From IMG/VR virus record IMGVR_UViG_3300033067_000757, positions 1-32,708 of that record: a stretch of DNA of 32,708 bases; one strand, given 5' to 3'. The translations under genes and the position numbers were made by a program. Source of the stretch: a virus. Lineage: Duplodnaviria; Caudoviricetes. Of this stretch, positions 8,984-16,903 are shown one piece after another. Numbering within the stretch: position 1 is the first letter of the stretch; each line of letters starts with the position of its first letter. The notes under the pieces were generated by a model that saw only the letters and a program-made list of their open reading frames with translations, did not search any database and was not told where the DNA came from.

Positions 8984-9377
8984 TTATATTGTAATTCATT
9001 GCACAGCTTCGCAACCAACTGCTACTAAACAATCAATTTTAAATTACTGGAAAGATGTATTAAAATGGAAAACAGTAGGTTATCACAGGTTAATTGATGC
9101 AGCTGGAGTAATTCACGAATTAGCAAATTACGAACAGGTTACAAATGGCGTAAAGGGTTTTAATTCAGTATCAATTCATTTTAGTTATATTGGAGGCATA
9201 GACGAAAAAGGAAAGCCAAAAGATACTAGAACACCAAAACAAAAAGAAAGTTTATTATACCTAATAAAACAAGCCAAAAAACAATTCCCTAATGCAATAG
9301 TGCAAGGACATAAAGATTTTGGAGTTAATAAAGCTTGTCCAAGCTTTGAAGCTAAAAGCGAATACAAAAGTATTTAA
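8970..9377 (+). CDS. Endolysin, N-acetylmuramoyl-L-alanine amidase (Amidase_2, T7 lysozyme-like)
   Basis: IVIHCTA, GYH, SIHFSYIGG, GHKDF and KACPSF Zn-binding motifs. Confidence 0.93.
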   Translation: MRKINYIVIHCTASQPTATKQSILNYWKDVLKWKTVGYHRLIDAAGVIHELANYEQVTNGVKGFNSVSIHFSYIGGIDEKGKPKDTRTPKQKESLLYLIKQAKKQFPNAIVQGHKDFGVNKACPSFEAKSEYKSI

Positions 9378-9378
9378 T

Positions 9379-9453
9379 CAAAAAAACCCTTACAAAGTTG
9401 GCAAGGGTTTTTTCTTATTAACTAAACAAAACTATTATGAAGTAGCAAATATA
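9379..9453 (-). ncRNA. Candidate ~60-nt sRNA with its promoter
   Basis: TATATTTG box (9446-9453, minus strand) followed by CUUCAUAAUAGUUUUGUUUAGUU and the terminator; no ORF on that strand. Confidence 0.4.
9380..9413. terminator. Bidirectional intrinsic terminator
   Basis: AAAAAAACCCTT-N10-AAGGGTTTTTT just after the endolysin stop. Confidence 0.8.
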
Positions 9454-9514
9454 ACATAATTTTTTATCATACTAATATTTTTATAAATTATTTAAAATTT
9501 TAAACGAATAAATT

Positions 9515-10732
9515 ATGGCATCACACGAAACTAGATTAAGCTCTTTAGAAGCTATTGCTTTGGGTTTTGTACCTAAAGAAAGAAAAGAGAATAACAAACA
9601 CGCAAACCCTAGATATTACTTAAATGATGATCAGTATGAACAACTAAATAAAATTAGGGATTTTCACAATACACAATTTAAACAAGTTCGCAGAACTTTA
9701 AACGAACAGGGCAATGTAATTTCTAGTGTTGAAAAATTAAGTCCAAAGGAATTAATTGATATTCCGAAAAACCACGAAATTAAAAGGGTTTCAACTAACG
9801 TTTCAACACAGCAGCAATGGGTAATTACTGAACCGGTAAAAGAAGTAAACCTAGAAAAAGAAATTGATTTTACAAATATTTTTAAAGATAAAGTAAAGCC
9901 AATTAAATTACCTAAAATTTCAAGTAAATTAGATTTATCAATATTTGATAGGTTAGTTTATACTGATGTCCATATTGGTATGGAAGTAAACCAAAACGGA
10001 TATAGTTTATACGATGGTGCTTGGAATGAAGCAGAAATTGAAAAGCGTTTAGAAACAATGGTTTACAATACGCTAAAAAATAAGCAATCCGATATTTTAA
10101 TAATACACGAGTTAGGCGATTTTATGGACGGTTACGATGCAGTAACTACTCGAGGAGGGCATAGTTTACCACAAAATATGGATAACCAAAAAGCGTTTGA
10201 TGTAGGTTTGGCTTTTAAAATTAAAATGATTGATGCTTTAATTCCTTACTACAATAAAATAGAATGTATTAATATTTGTAATGATAATCACGCTGGAAGT
10301 TTTGGTTATATTGTTAATTCTGCATTTAAAGCGTATATAGAGCTTAAATACGAAAACGTTAAGGTAGTCAATCAAAGAAAATTTATAGACCATTATATCG
10401 TAGAAAACAGATGTTTTATTTTAACTCACGGAAAAGACGATAAAAATATGAAGTTTGGTTTTAAACCACATTTAGATGCGGTACAAATTGAAAAGATTAA
10501 AAACTATATTGATGAGTATAGACTGCATTATTTTACAATAGAATTTAGCAAGGGTGATAGCCATCAATTACTTTTAGACTTTACTTCTTCAAGTGCTTTT
10601 GAATATCAAAATTTTGGTGCTTTTTCTCCACCATCGGACTGGGTAAAAACGAACTTCAAAAACACAAACAGTAGTTTTATAATATTTAACTATTACGAGA
10701 ACCAAAAAAGTATTAACCCTATAATATTTTAA
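9515..10732 (+). CDS. Calcineurin-like metallophosphoesterase
   Basis: TDVHIG (DxH), GDFMDG (GDxxD), NDNH, THG and GDSH motifs. Confidence 0.75.
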   Translation: MASHETRLSSLEAIALGFVPKERKENNKHANPRYYLNDDQYEQLNKIRDFHNTQFKQVRRTLNEQGNVISSVEKLSPKELIDIPKNHEIKRVSTNVSTQQQWVITEPVKEVNLEKEIDFTNIFKDKVKPIKLPKISSKLDLSIFDRLVYTDVHIGMEVNQNGYSLYDGAWNEAEIEKRLETMVYNTLKNKQSDILIIHELGDFMDGYDAVTTRGGHSLPQNMDNQKAFDVGLAFKIKMIDALIPYYNKIECINICNDNHAGSFGYIVNSAFKAYIELKYENVKVVNQRKFIDHYIVENRCFILTHGKDDKNMKFGFKPHLDAVQIEKIKNYIDEYRLHYFTIEFSKGDSHQLLLDFTSSSAFEYQNFGAFSPPSDWVKTNFKNTNSSFIIFNYYENQKSINPIIF

Positions 10733-10734
10733 TT

Positions 10735-10857
10735 ATGTCAGATTTACAAAGAATACAAAGGATATTAAAATTCAATTATAACAGAGGTTGTAACAAAGAA
10801 AGCGTAAATAAAGTTTACTATTCACTATTAAAAGTAAAATATGAAAATAGAAATTAA
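10735..10857 (+). CDS. Hypothetical 40-aa protein
   Basis: MSDLQRIQRILKFNYNRGCNKESVNKVYYSLLKVKYENRN; fills the operon gap. Confidence 0.5.
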   Translation: MSDLQRIQRILKFNYNRGCNKESVNKVYYSLLKVKYENRN

Positions 10858-11008
10858 ACATTGCGGATTTACTTTTACAGTAGAAACGCCAAATGACGAT
10901 TTGACAACAGATGAAATGTTTGACATTTTTACTGGTTTACTTATTCAATTAGGTTATCAACAGCAAAGTATTAACGAAGCAATAAAAGAATTAGCAGATG
11001 GAAACTAA
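10841..11008 (+). CDS. Hypothetical 55-aa protein
   Basis: MKIEIKHCGFTFTVETPNDDLTTDEMFDIFTGLLIQLGYQQQSINEAIKELADGN; overlaps both neighbours. Confidence 0.6.
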   Translation: MKIEIKHCGFTFTVETPNDDLTTDEMFDIFTGLLIQLGYQQQSINEAIKELADGN

Positions 11009-11618
11009 AAAAATAAATTATTTAACTTGGCTTGGCTGGGTTTTATTCATTGCATTACTATTTTTTAAAGGCTGCAATCCTGAGCCAAAATTTGCAGAAA
11101 AGATAAAAATACAAACCAAAGAAATAAAAGGAGATGCAATAATCAAAACCAATATAGTACACATTCCAATTACCAAAAAGGTACGCGATACAGCTGGAGT
11201 AGGTTTTTACGTTTCACAAATAGATAAATTGTTTGAGGAAAATAATCGTATGCAATTAGAGTTTATTAAAATGGATAGTTTAGCACAAATAGAAGCATAT
11301 AACAAAGCAATCGAAATAAACGCTTTTAAGCAATCATTTGAGGATAGTTATATAAATGCTCAAGTAAGCGGAGAAGTAAGCGGAAAGATACACGCTATGA
11401 AGTTTGACTACACTATTAAGGCTCAAACTTTAGAAGTAGATGCGCCAAAACGTAAATTAAGCGTTTTAGGAGGCTTTTTTATTGCAAATGATATACAACT
11501 ACAAAAACCTTTATTTGGTGCAGAATTAGATATATTAAATAGAAAAGGCAACCTGTTGAGGGTCGCCTTAGATACTGAAAAAAGATTTTACTTTGGATAT
11601 AGCAAAAAGTTATTTTAA
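10998..11618 (+). CDS. Membrane/lipoprotein, spanin-like candidate
   Basis: N-terminal hydrophobic stretch ending FFKGC; C-terminal amphipathic beta-strands ending YFGYSKKLF; last gene of the lysis region. Confidence 0.5.
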   Translation: METKKINYLTWLGWVLFIALLFFKGCNPEPKFAEKIKIQTKEIKGDAIIKTNIVHIPITKKVRDTAGVGFYVSQIDKLFEENNRMQLEFIKMDSLAQIEAYNKAIEINAFKQSFEDSYINAQVSGEVSGKIHAMKFDYTIKAQTLEVDAPKRKLSVLGGFFIANDIQLQKPLFGAELDILNRKGNLLRVALDTEKRFYFGYSKKLF

Positions 11619-11837
11619 ATTTTCGTTATAAAATTGTTGTACTTTGTTTTTTAAATTTAGTATGCTTTGCTCAGAAAAAATATTATTGTGTTTAATTTGA
11701 TATTGTACTATTGCATCAATAATCCTTTCCTCTTCTAATTTTTCGGCTTGTTCAATCAAATCATAAAATGAAACATCATTATTAATAACGCCAATTTTCA
11801 ATTGCTCTTCTAACCAACTTACTGCTTTTACTTTCAT
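11610..11837 (-). CDS. Hypothetical early protein (AVxWL...QAxxLE family)
   Basis: ORF with an A-rich start region; similar to the N-terminus of 13436-13780. Confidence 0.7.
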   Translation of the reverse strand: MKVKAVSWLEEQLKIGVINNDVSFYDLIEQAEKLEEERIIDAIVQYQIKHNNIFSEQSILNLKNKVQQFYNENLK

Positions 11838-11878
11838 AATTATTTAGTTTTAAATGTCAAGTTTTTTCTATTGTTTAC
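11835..11878 (-). repeat. Intergenic module copy 1 (GTAAACAATAGAAAAAACTTGACATTTAAAA...ATG)
   Basis: 31-bp core (11848-11878) identical to 12527-12557. Confidence 0.9.
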
Positions 11879-11909
11879 CTGCTATCGTTATTACCGATAT
11901 TAGATAAAA

Positions 11910-11999
11910 TTATTTATTTTTAAGTTCGTTTAAAATTTGTATTAACAAATAAGTTATAAAACATATTTGTAATAATATAATTGCTAGTGTTAATTTCAT
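11910..11999 (-). CDS. 29-aa hydrophobic peptide, copy 1
   Basis: MKLTLAIILLQICFITYLLIQILNELKNK; paralog at 18253-18342. Confidence 0.65.
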   Translation of the reverse strand: MKLTLAIILLQICFITYLLIQILNELKNK

Positions 12000-12002
12000 A
12001 AT

Positions 12003-12104
12003 TTATTTATTTAATAATTTAAGTAAAAATTGTTTAAAAATTGCTATTTGATTTCTTAAATCTTTTAGCGGAATTAATTGAGGTTCAATGTTTTTTTGTC
12101 TCAT
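12003..12104 (-). CDS. Hypothetical 33-aa peptide
   Basis: MRQKNIEPQLIPLKDLRNQIAIFKQFLLKLLNK; starts at a partial copy of the repeat module (12102-12123). Confidence 0.45.
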   Translation of the reverse strand: MRQKNIEPQLIPLKDLRNQIAIFKQFLLKLLNK

Positions 12105-12117
12105 ATCTTATTTGTTT

Positions 12118-12264
12118 TTAAATTTCTGTTGCTTCTTCGATTAGTTGTTGTATTTCGTTAAGTTTATTTTTATTAATAACATAACCACTTCTTAAATTTC
12201 TTTCAAAGTCTTTTAACATTTCCAACATTTTATTATACTTTAAATCTTTTTCTTTATTTTCCAT
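12118..12264 (-). CDS. Hypothetical 48-aa protein
   Basis: MENKEKDLKYNKMLEMLKDF...IQQLIEEATEI; tightly packed between neighbours. Confidence 0.6.
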   Translation of the reverse strand: MENKEKDLKYNKMLEMLKDFERNLRSGYVINKNKLNEIQQLIEEATEI

Positions 12265-12269
12265 AACTC

Positions 12270-12515
12270 TTATTGTTTAGATATTTTTATTTCTTGTTTA
12301 ACTTCTTTCCAATAAATATTTGATAATTCAATGTCTTCTCCATAAGTACCTCCGCTACCTAATATTGGTAAACTTGGACTTGATTCTATTATCTTATCAA
12401 CTGCTATTAACGCACATTGCTTTGCTAAAGGCATTGCATTTATTAAAGGGTATTTGTTTTTTACAACTTCATAAAATTGTAAAACTAATTCTTTTGCGTT
12501 TTGTTTTGTTTTCAT
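12270..12515 (-). CDS. Hypothetical early protein (AKQCALIAVD...YWxEVKQEI type)
   Basis: ORF track; ATG embedded in repeat copy 2. Confidence 0.75.
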   Translation of the reverse strand: MKTKQNAKELVLQFYEVVKNKYPLINAMPLAKQCALIAVDKIIESSPSLPILGSGGTYGEDIELSNIYWKEVKQEIKISKQ

Positions 12516-12562
12516 ATCTTATTTGTTTTTAAATGTCAAGTTTTTTCTATTGTTTACTTGAC
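12513..12562 (-). repeat. Intergenic module copy 2 with intact GTCAAGT-N14-ACTTGAC inverted repeat
   Basis: Arms at 12535-12541 and 12556-12562; shares CATATCTTATTTGTTTT with 12102 and 18340. Confidence 0.9.
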
Positions 12563-12565
12563 TTG

Positions 12566-13417
12566 TTATTTGTTTTGTTTAATATAATCAATCACTACTT
12601 CACACATTTTACTTGCTGAATAATCTCTACGTTCTGTTATTTCTGAATGTAGAAAGTCTAGTATTAGTTCATTTTGAAATTTAGCACCTGCAAGAAAATC
12701 TTTTTTGTGATTTTCTTGGAATACATCTTGGAATACAGATGCATTTGTTTTTTTTGAGTATTTTAAAGCAGCTTCTTCAAGTGTTTCTTTTTCGCACAAT
12801 TCTTTAGCTTCTTTTTCAACTTGTTTAGCTATTTCAGGGTCGCCATTTTTTTCTAACCAATCATCAATAAGGTTTATTTTTGGTAAAAGCTCTTCCTTCA
12901 TATTAGCTTTAAATTTATAATTTAAATTACCAAATTCATCTGTTTCCGCTATTATAGCTGTGTTTGCAAATAATTCTTTAAATGTTTTGGGTTGATAAGG
13001 CTCTTCTTTTTTAATATTAATAAAAAAACTTCTACTAAAATCTAACCATTCAACATCAACTACACCACAACTTGGGTGCTTAATAAACCATTCAAGGAAC
13101 TCATCATCAATAGCTTGTACGCCATTTTTAATTAAATCATGGTCTGTTGTTAAAATAACCTTATAACAGTTTTTTATTTTATTATTTTTAAGCCATGATA
13201 CTTGAAACAATTTGCCATAATTATCTACATCATCTGTAATAACATAGTCATTTTCATTAAGTCCATCGTTATTAGTAATATAAATATTTTGATATGTGTT
13301 TTTTAAAATAATTTCAAACCAATTAGTAGTGTCAGACTTTATAATCATAAAGTTATTATTTTGACTTTTTAATAATCTACTTGGTTTTTTGCTTGGTAAG
13401 ATAAATAAATTTTTCAT
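12566..13417 (-). CDS. Hypothetical mosaic early protein (KPSRL N-terminus; ETLEEAA module)
   Basis: 283-aa ORF; contains a 12-bp tandem duplication at 12714-12737. Confidence 0.8.
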   Translation of the reverse strand: MKNLFILPSKKPSRLLKSQNNNFMIIKSDTTNWFEIILKNTYQNIYITNNDGLNENDYVITDDVDNYGKLFQVSWLKNNKIKNCYKVILTTDHDLIKNGVQAIDDEFLEWFIKHPSCGVVDVEWLDFSRSFFINIKKEEPYQPKTFKELFANTAIIAETDEFGNLNYKFKANMKEELLPKINLIDDWLEKNGDPEIAKQVEKEAKELCEKETLEEAALKYSKKTNASVFQDVFQENHKKDFLAGAKFQNELILDFLHSEITERRDYSASKMCEVVIDYIKQNK

Positions 13418-13435
13418 AATTTTTTTGTTTAGTGA

Positions 13436-13780
13436 TTAAATATTAAAAAAAGTTCCTAAAATAAACCTTGCTACAAAATAGGCAATTCCTAAAACACAAA
13501 TTGCATAGCTGATTATTTTATAAATAGATATTTTTTGTTTTACAGGTTCATCTTTAAATATTGCAAACAATTCTCTAATTAAAAAGTCGCTTGGGTTTTT
13601 AAGGTTATCAAATTTTAATATCCATTTTGCAAACTCAATAATTTCTTTTTCGTTTTTTTCCTGTTGATCCTTTTCAATTTCTTTAGCCTCAATCATAATT
13701 GGATTGTTTGGGCTGTGAATAATAAGACCTTTAATTTTTAAATAATTTTCTAAAAATTCTAATGCTGATTGATTTTTCAT
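13436..13780 (-). CDS. Hypothetical protein with C-terminal TM helix
   Basis: IISYAICVLGIAYFVARFILG hydrophobic tail. Confidence 0.7.
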   Translation of the reverse strand: MKNQSALEFLENYLKIKGLIIHSPNNPIMIEAKEIEKDQQEKNEKEIIEFAKWILKFDNLKNPSDFLIRELFAIFKDEPVKQKISIYKIISYAICVLGIAYFVARFILGTFFNI

Positions 13781-13953
13781 AATAATTTTAGTTTTTGTTG
13801 TTTAACTTCTTTTCCGGTATTTCTGCAAAATTCAATTTTTTGCTTTACCATTTTTAAAATTTCTAATTGCTGCGTAATTGGTATTTCGTAATACATAAAT
13901 AAAGCTATTATTTCATTTGCTTTTATATTACTGGATGTTTTTCTTTTTATCAT
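13777..13953 (-). CDS. Hypothetical 58-aa protein
   Basis: MIKRKTSSNIKANEIIALFMYYEIP...QQKLKLL; ATGA overlaps at both ends. Confidence 0.6.
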   Translation of the reverse strand: MIKRKTSSNIKANEIIALFMYYEIPITQQLEILKMVKQKIEFCRNTGKEVKQQKLKLL

Positions 13954-14210
13954 TCCGTAATGTTTTCGTAATTTTTTCTAATTACCGTTTCAACTTGGTG
14001 ACCTATTTTATTTAAATAAGTTCCTTTGCTTATTTGTTTGCTATCAAACACAGTCTCCAATAATGGCTCGAGAGCTAATTCAAATGCCTCTCCTTGCTTT
14101 ATTATTTCTTTAGCAAGTAAACTATTAGCTCTTATTTCATTTAGCTCTGTAATAAGCAAATATGTAAGCACTGCTATTTGATGCGTTTGTAAATGATGTT
14201 TTTTACTCAT
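13950..14210 (-). CDS. Hypothetical protein
   Basis: 86-aa ORF directly downstream of leader element 1. Confidence 0.7.
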   Translation of the reverse strand: MSKKHHLQTHQIAVLTYLLITELNEIRANSLLAKEIIKQGEAFELALEPLLETVFDSKQISKGTYLNKIGHQVETVIRKNYENITE

Positions 14211-14219
14211 ACTATAAAA

Positions 14220-14349
14220 ATAAAAATGCCTTCCTATTTTTGTGCAGGGTCTGAAGCTACACGCAAATAAAAAGGCTAATTTTTTTAAGTTACCTAAATT
14301 TCAGACCGTAACTACGATGCAAATATATACTTTTTTTTATATAAACAAA
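14220..14349 (-). promoter_or_regulatory. Promoter plus two-hairpin leader/attenuator, element 1
   Basis: TTTG-N18-TATATTTG (14349-14320); hairpin AGUUAC/GUAACU with loop GGUCUGAA; terminator GCCUU..AAGGC with apical loop UUCAGACC. Confidence 0.7.
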
Positions 14350-14377
14350 ATAATTTGTAAAAATATTTAAAATTTAC

Positions 14378-14620
14378 TTATAAAAAAGTTCCTAAAATTT
14401 GAATGTTTGCCAGTTTGCTATCTTCTACTGGGTTTGATTGCATAAAATTTAATGAAACTGATTGCCCGTAACATTCGCAAGTTGGGTTTCCTAAGTCATC
14501 AGTTGTAAAATTTACAAAGCCAGCTGTAACTGGTTCAAAATTTCTAAAATCTGAATGATTAAATGATGCTGAAAAAACAATAATTTTATTATCTATTGTT
14601 TTAATGTACTTTGTTGCCAT
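14378..14620 (-). CDS. Hypothetical phage protein (SAGF/CYGxSxSL type)
   Basis: 80-aa ORF; 'HSDF..PVTAGF..CYGQSVSL'. Confidence 0.7.
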   Translation of the reverse strand: MATKYIKTIDNKIIVFSASFNHSDFRNFEPVTAGFVNFTTDDLGNPTCECYGQSVSLNFMQSNPVEDSKLANIQILGTFL

Positions 14621-14652
14621 AATTTTTTATTTTAAAAGTTAATATTATTTTT

Positions 14653-15078
14653 TTATCTGCCAAAAACTAGCATAAAAGCATCTCTAGTTTCTTGGTTAGT
14701 TCTCATTTTTAATCCAGTTAATTTTTTAAAATCAATTGCGTTTATTTTTTTTCGAGTTGGTTTAATTTCTATATAATACAGCTTTAAATACTGGCACATT
14801 TCAATTATTTTATTTGCAGTTTCAAAATTTCGCCCTGTATTTTCGCCAATTTTTGAATTAAAAGCAGCTGAATAGTTTTGTTTTGTATGCCAATTTGACT
14901 TATTTAAAGACCCTTTTTCAATATAAATAGTTGGTTTCTCTTCTCGTTCTTTATAGAATTTTAGAAAATCATACAATTCAAAAAAAGTTAAATTTTTTAA
15001 AAGGTAATCATTACCATTTTTAAAACAAACACCGTTTTTATGCACATCAGGATCAATGCCAATTAAAAGTTTTCCCAT
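14653..15078 (-). CDS. RuvC-like Holliday junction resolvase/endonuclease
   Basis: IGIDP, YIE and TNQETRDA RNase-H-fold acidic motifs. Confidence 0.75.
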   Translation of the reverse strand: MGKLLIGIDPDVHKNGVCFKNGNDYLLKNLTFFELYDFLKFYKEREEKPTIYIEKGSLNKSNWHTKQNYSAAFNSKIGENTGRNFETANKIIEMCQYLKLYYIEIKPTRKKINAIDFKKLTGLKMRTNQETRDAFMLVFGR

Positions 15079-15911
15079 TACTCTAGTATTGAATTTTTAA
15101 AAGTTTCAAAATCATACATGTTTTTTTTAAGATAATTTGAGACTAAAACATTTTTACATTTATTTTTTACTAATTCAATTGGTTTACCGGATTGAATTTT
15201 TGTATTTAAATCTAAAAGCAAAGGCTTAGTTATCAAATTATTTTTTTTATTTATTTCGGTTCTTTGCTCAGTTGCATAAATTAAAAGCTGTTCGTTGTAA
15301 AGCGCTTTTTTTTCCTCCTCAGTTATTTTAATTTTTCCCGAAGTAAATAAATCATTGTAAAGTAACCAAGCGTTTTTTGAAAATTTATCGGTTTTAATTT
15401 CATCATAAAGCATTTTAATAAATTGCAATCTAATTTCTTTTTTCTCTTCAGTAGTTTTTTCGGGCATTGTATTTAGTAAATTTTGTTTTTGACTATTGTA
15501 ACCTCTTAAACTTTCGTTTCTAAAATCAATATAAGCCTGTAATACTTCGCCAATTGAAATGCAATCTAAAAGCCTAAATACTTTTATGTTTTCAAATTCT
15601 CGAGCTGCATACATTTTGAAAGCCTCTTTTATTTCCTCAATTGTTAAATTTCCAAACTTTGATTTCAAAAAATCTTTTACAACTAGCATTTGAATTTTTA
15701 AATCGTCTGCCTCTTCTTGATTTGAACATTTAATATTTAGCAAAGTAACTAAATAATTTATTAAACTATCAAATTCCTGTACATTTTGAACTTGTTTTAA
15801 TTTTGGATAGTCCTCATTGATTTTTGCTAGCAAGGGTTTCGAGTGCATCAGCTGTGCTAAAGCGAAATTGTTTTTTTGTTCCTGTATTTGTAAACTGTTG
15901 TTTTCCATCAT
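15078..15911 (-). CDS. Putative helicase loader / replication protein P-like
   Basis: Overlaps the initiator gene; 'LTIEEIKEAF..Y...IGEVLQAY'. Start taken at ATG 15911 or 15908. Confidence 0.5.
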   Translation of the reverse strand: MMENNSLQIQEQKNNFALAQLMHSKPLLAKINEDYPKLKQVQNVQEFDSLINYLVTLLNIKCSNQEEADDLKIQMLVVKDFLKSKFGNLTIEEIKEAFKMYAAREFENIKVFRLLDCISIGEVLQAYIDFRNESLRGYNSQKQNLLNTMPEKTTEEKKEIRLQFIKMLYDEIKTDKFSKNAWLLYNDLFTSGKIKITEEEKKALYNEQLLIYATEQRTEINKKNNLITKPLLLDLNTKIQSGKPIELVKNKCKNVLVSNYLKKNMYDFETFKNSILE

Positions 15912-16545
15912 TTGTGTGATTAAAATTATTTTCTTTATCGTGCCATTCCCATTTAAATCCACTCCAATTTTTTGAAACTATAAATTCTAAAATTTCATTT
16001 AAATTACAAGTTCGTTTTTCTATTTCTTTAATAAAATTATTAAATGCTGTTTGTGTGTTTGTTGCTTTTTTAGTTTTTCTAACTTTAATCCAGTCATTAA
16101 CTAAATCCTTTTGAAATCCATAATCAACTAAACAATTATAAAAAGAAAATTTTAAAGGCGTAGCCTTATTATTATTATCTATATTATTTATTTCTAATTG
16201 TTTATTGTTAATTATTAATTGTTTATTGTTAATTACTGGTAGGGGTTGCTCTTTGGGTATGGTGCCACTTACCCTAGTAGGGTATGGTATAAGGGTTTCT
16301 TTATTTTTTAAAGCTATTTTAGCATCTTCATAGCCTTTAACTTGTTTTAATAAAGAATGTTTTTGACTTAAAAAAGCAAATTTAGGCATTCCTAAAAGAA
16401 CAGGCTCAACTCCTGTAAATTGATATTCACAAATAGCTAAAAGATAATCAGATCTATCTTTGTCATTTTCAATTTCTAAAGCAATATCATAATAACTTTT
16501 ATAAAAATTAAATTGTTTTCGTTGCAAAAAAATATCTTTTGACAT
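15814..16545 (-). CDS. Replication initiator (DUF6291-like N-terminus, lambda O-type layout)
   Basis: FNFYKSYYD..LAICEYQFTG N-terminal domain; low-complexity repeat linker; C-terminal 'WIKVRKTKK...KNWSGF' domain. Confidence 0.7.
   Translation of the reverse strand: MSKDIFLQRKQFNFYKSYYDIALEIENDKDRSDYLLAICEYQFTGVEPVLLGMPKFAFLSQKHSLLKQVKGYEDAKIALKNKETLIPYPTRVSGTIPKEQPLPVINNKQLIINNKQLEINNIDNNNKATPLKFSFYNCLVDYGFQKDLVNDWIKVRKTKKATNTQTAFNNFIKEIEKRTCNLNEILEFIVSKNWSGFKWEWHDKENNFNHTNDGKQQFTNTGTKKQFRFSTADALETLASKNQ
16165..16300. repeat. Putative replication origin inside the initiator gene
   Basis: 20-bp direct repeat TAATTGTTTATTGTTAATTA at 16195 and 16216 in an AT-rich tract; GGGTATGGT at 16255 and 16280. 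Confidence 0.5.
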
Positions 16546-16547
16546 AA

Positions 16548-16769
16548 TTAAGATCCTTTCATTTTAGATTGCACATGTAATAAAGTCCCAATAAAAGAGT
16601 GTAATTCTTTTTTACTTAAATTTACAGATAAAATATTATCACAAATTTCGATAGGAAAATAAGTATATTCAATACCAATATTTACAAAATTATTATCAAG
16701 CTCTAAAATATATAAATCATATTTTGAATTTTCTTTAATTGATTCTTGTGGTGTTAAATTGTGTTTCAT
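16548..16769 (-). CDS. Hypothetical protein
   Basis: 73-aa ORF between leader element 2 and the initiator. Confidence 0.7.
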   Translation of the reverse strand: MKHNLTPQESIKENSKYDLYILELDNNFVNIGIEYTYFPIEICDNILSVNLSKKELHSFIGTLLHVQSKMKGS

Positions 16770-16787
16770 ACAAAATTATTTTAAATT

Positions 16788-16891
16788 AAAAAAGCCTTAT
16801 ATTCCTTTGGGCATCCACTCCCGCCAGAATATAAGGCAAATATTTTACTGTAGTATACTGTGGATGTTTCAACTACTTAACTGCAAATATA
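16788..16891 (-). promoter_or_regulatory. Promoter plus two-hairpin leader/attenuator, element 2
   Basis: TATATTTG (16891-16884); hairpin GUAGU/ACUAC with loop CAUCCAC; terminator GCCUUAUAUUC..GAAUAUAAGGC+U6 with apical loop GUGGAUG. Confidence 0.75.
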
Positions 16892-16903
16892 AAAAATAAA
16901 TTT

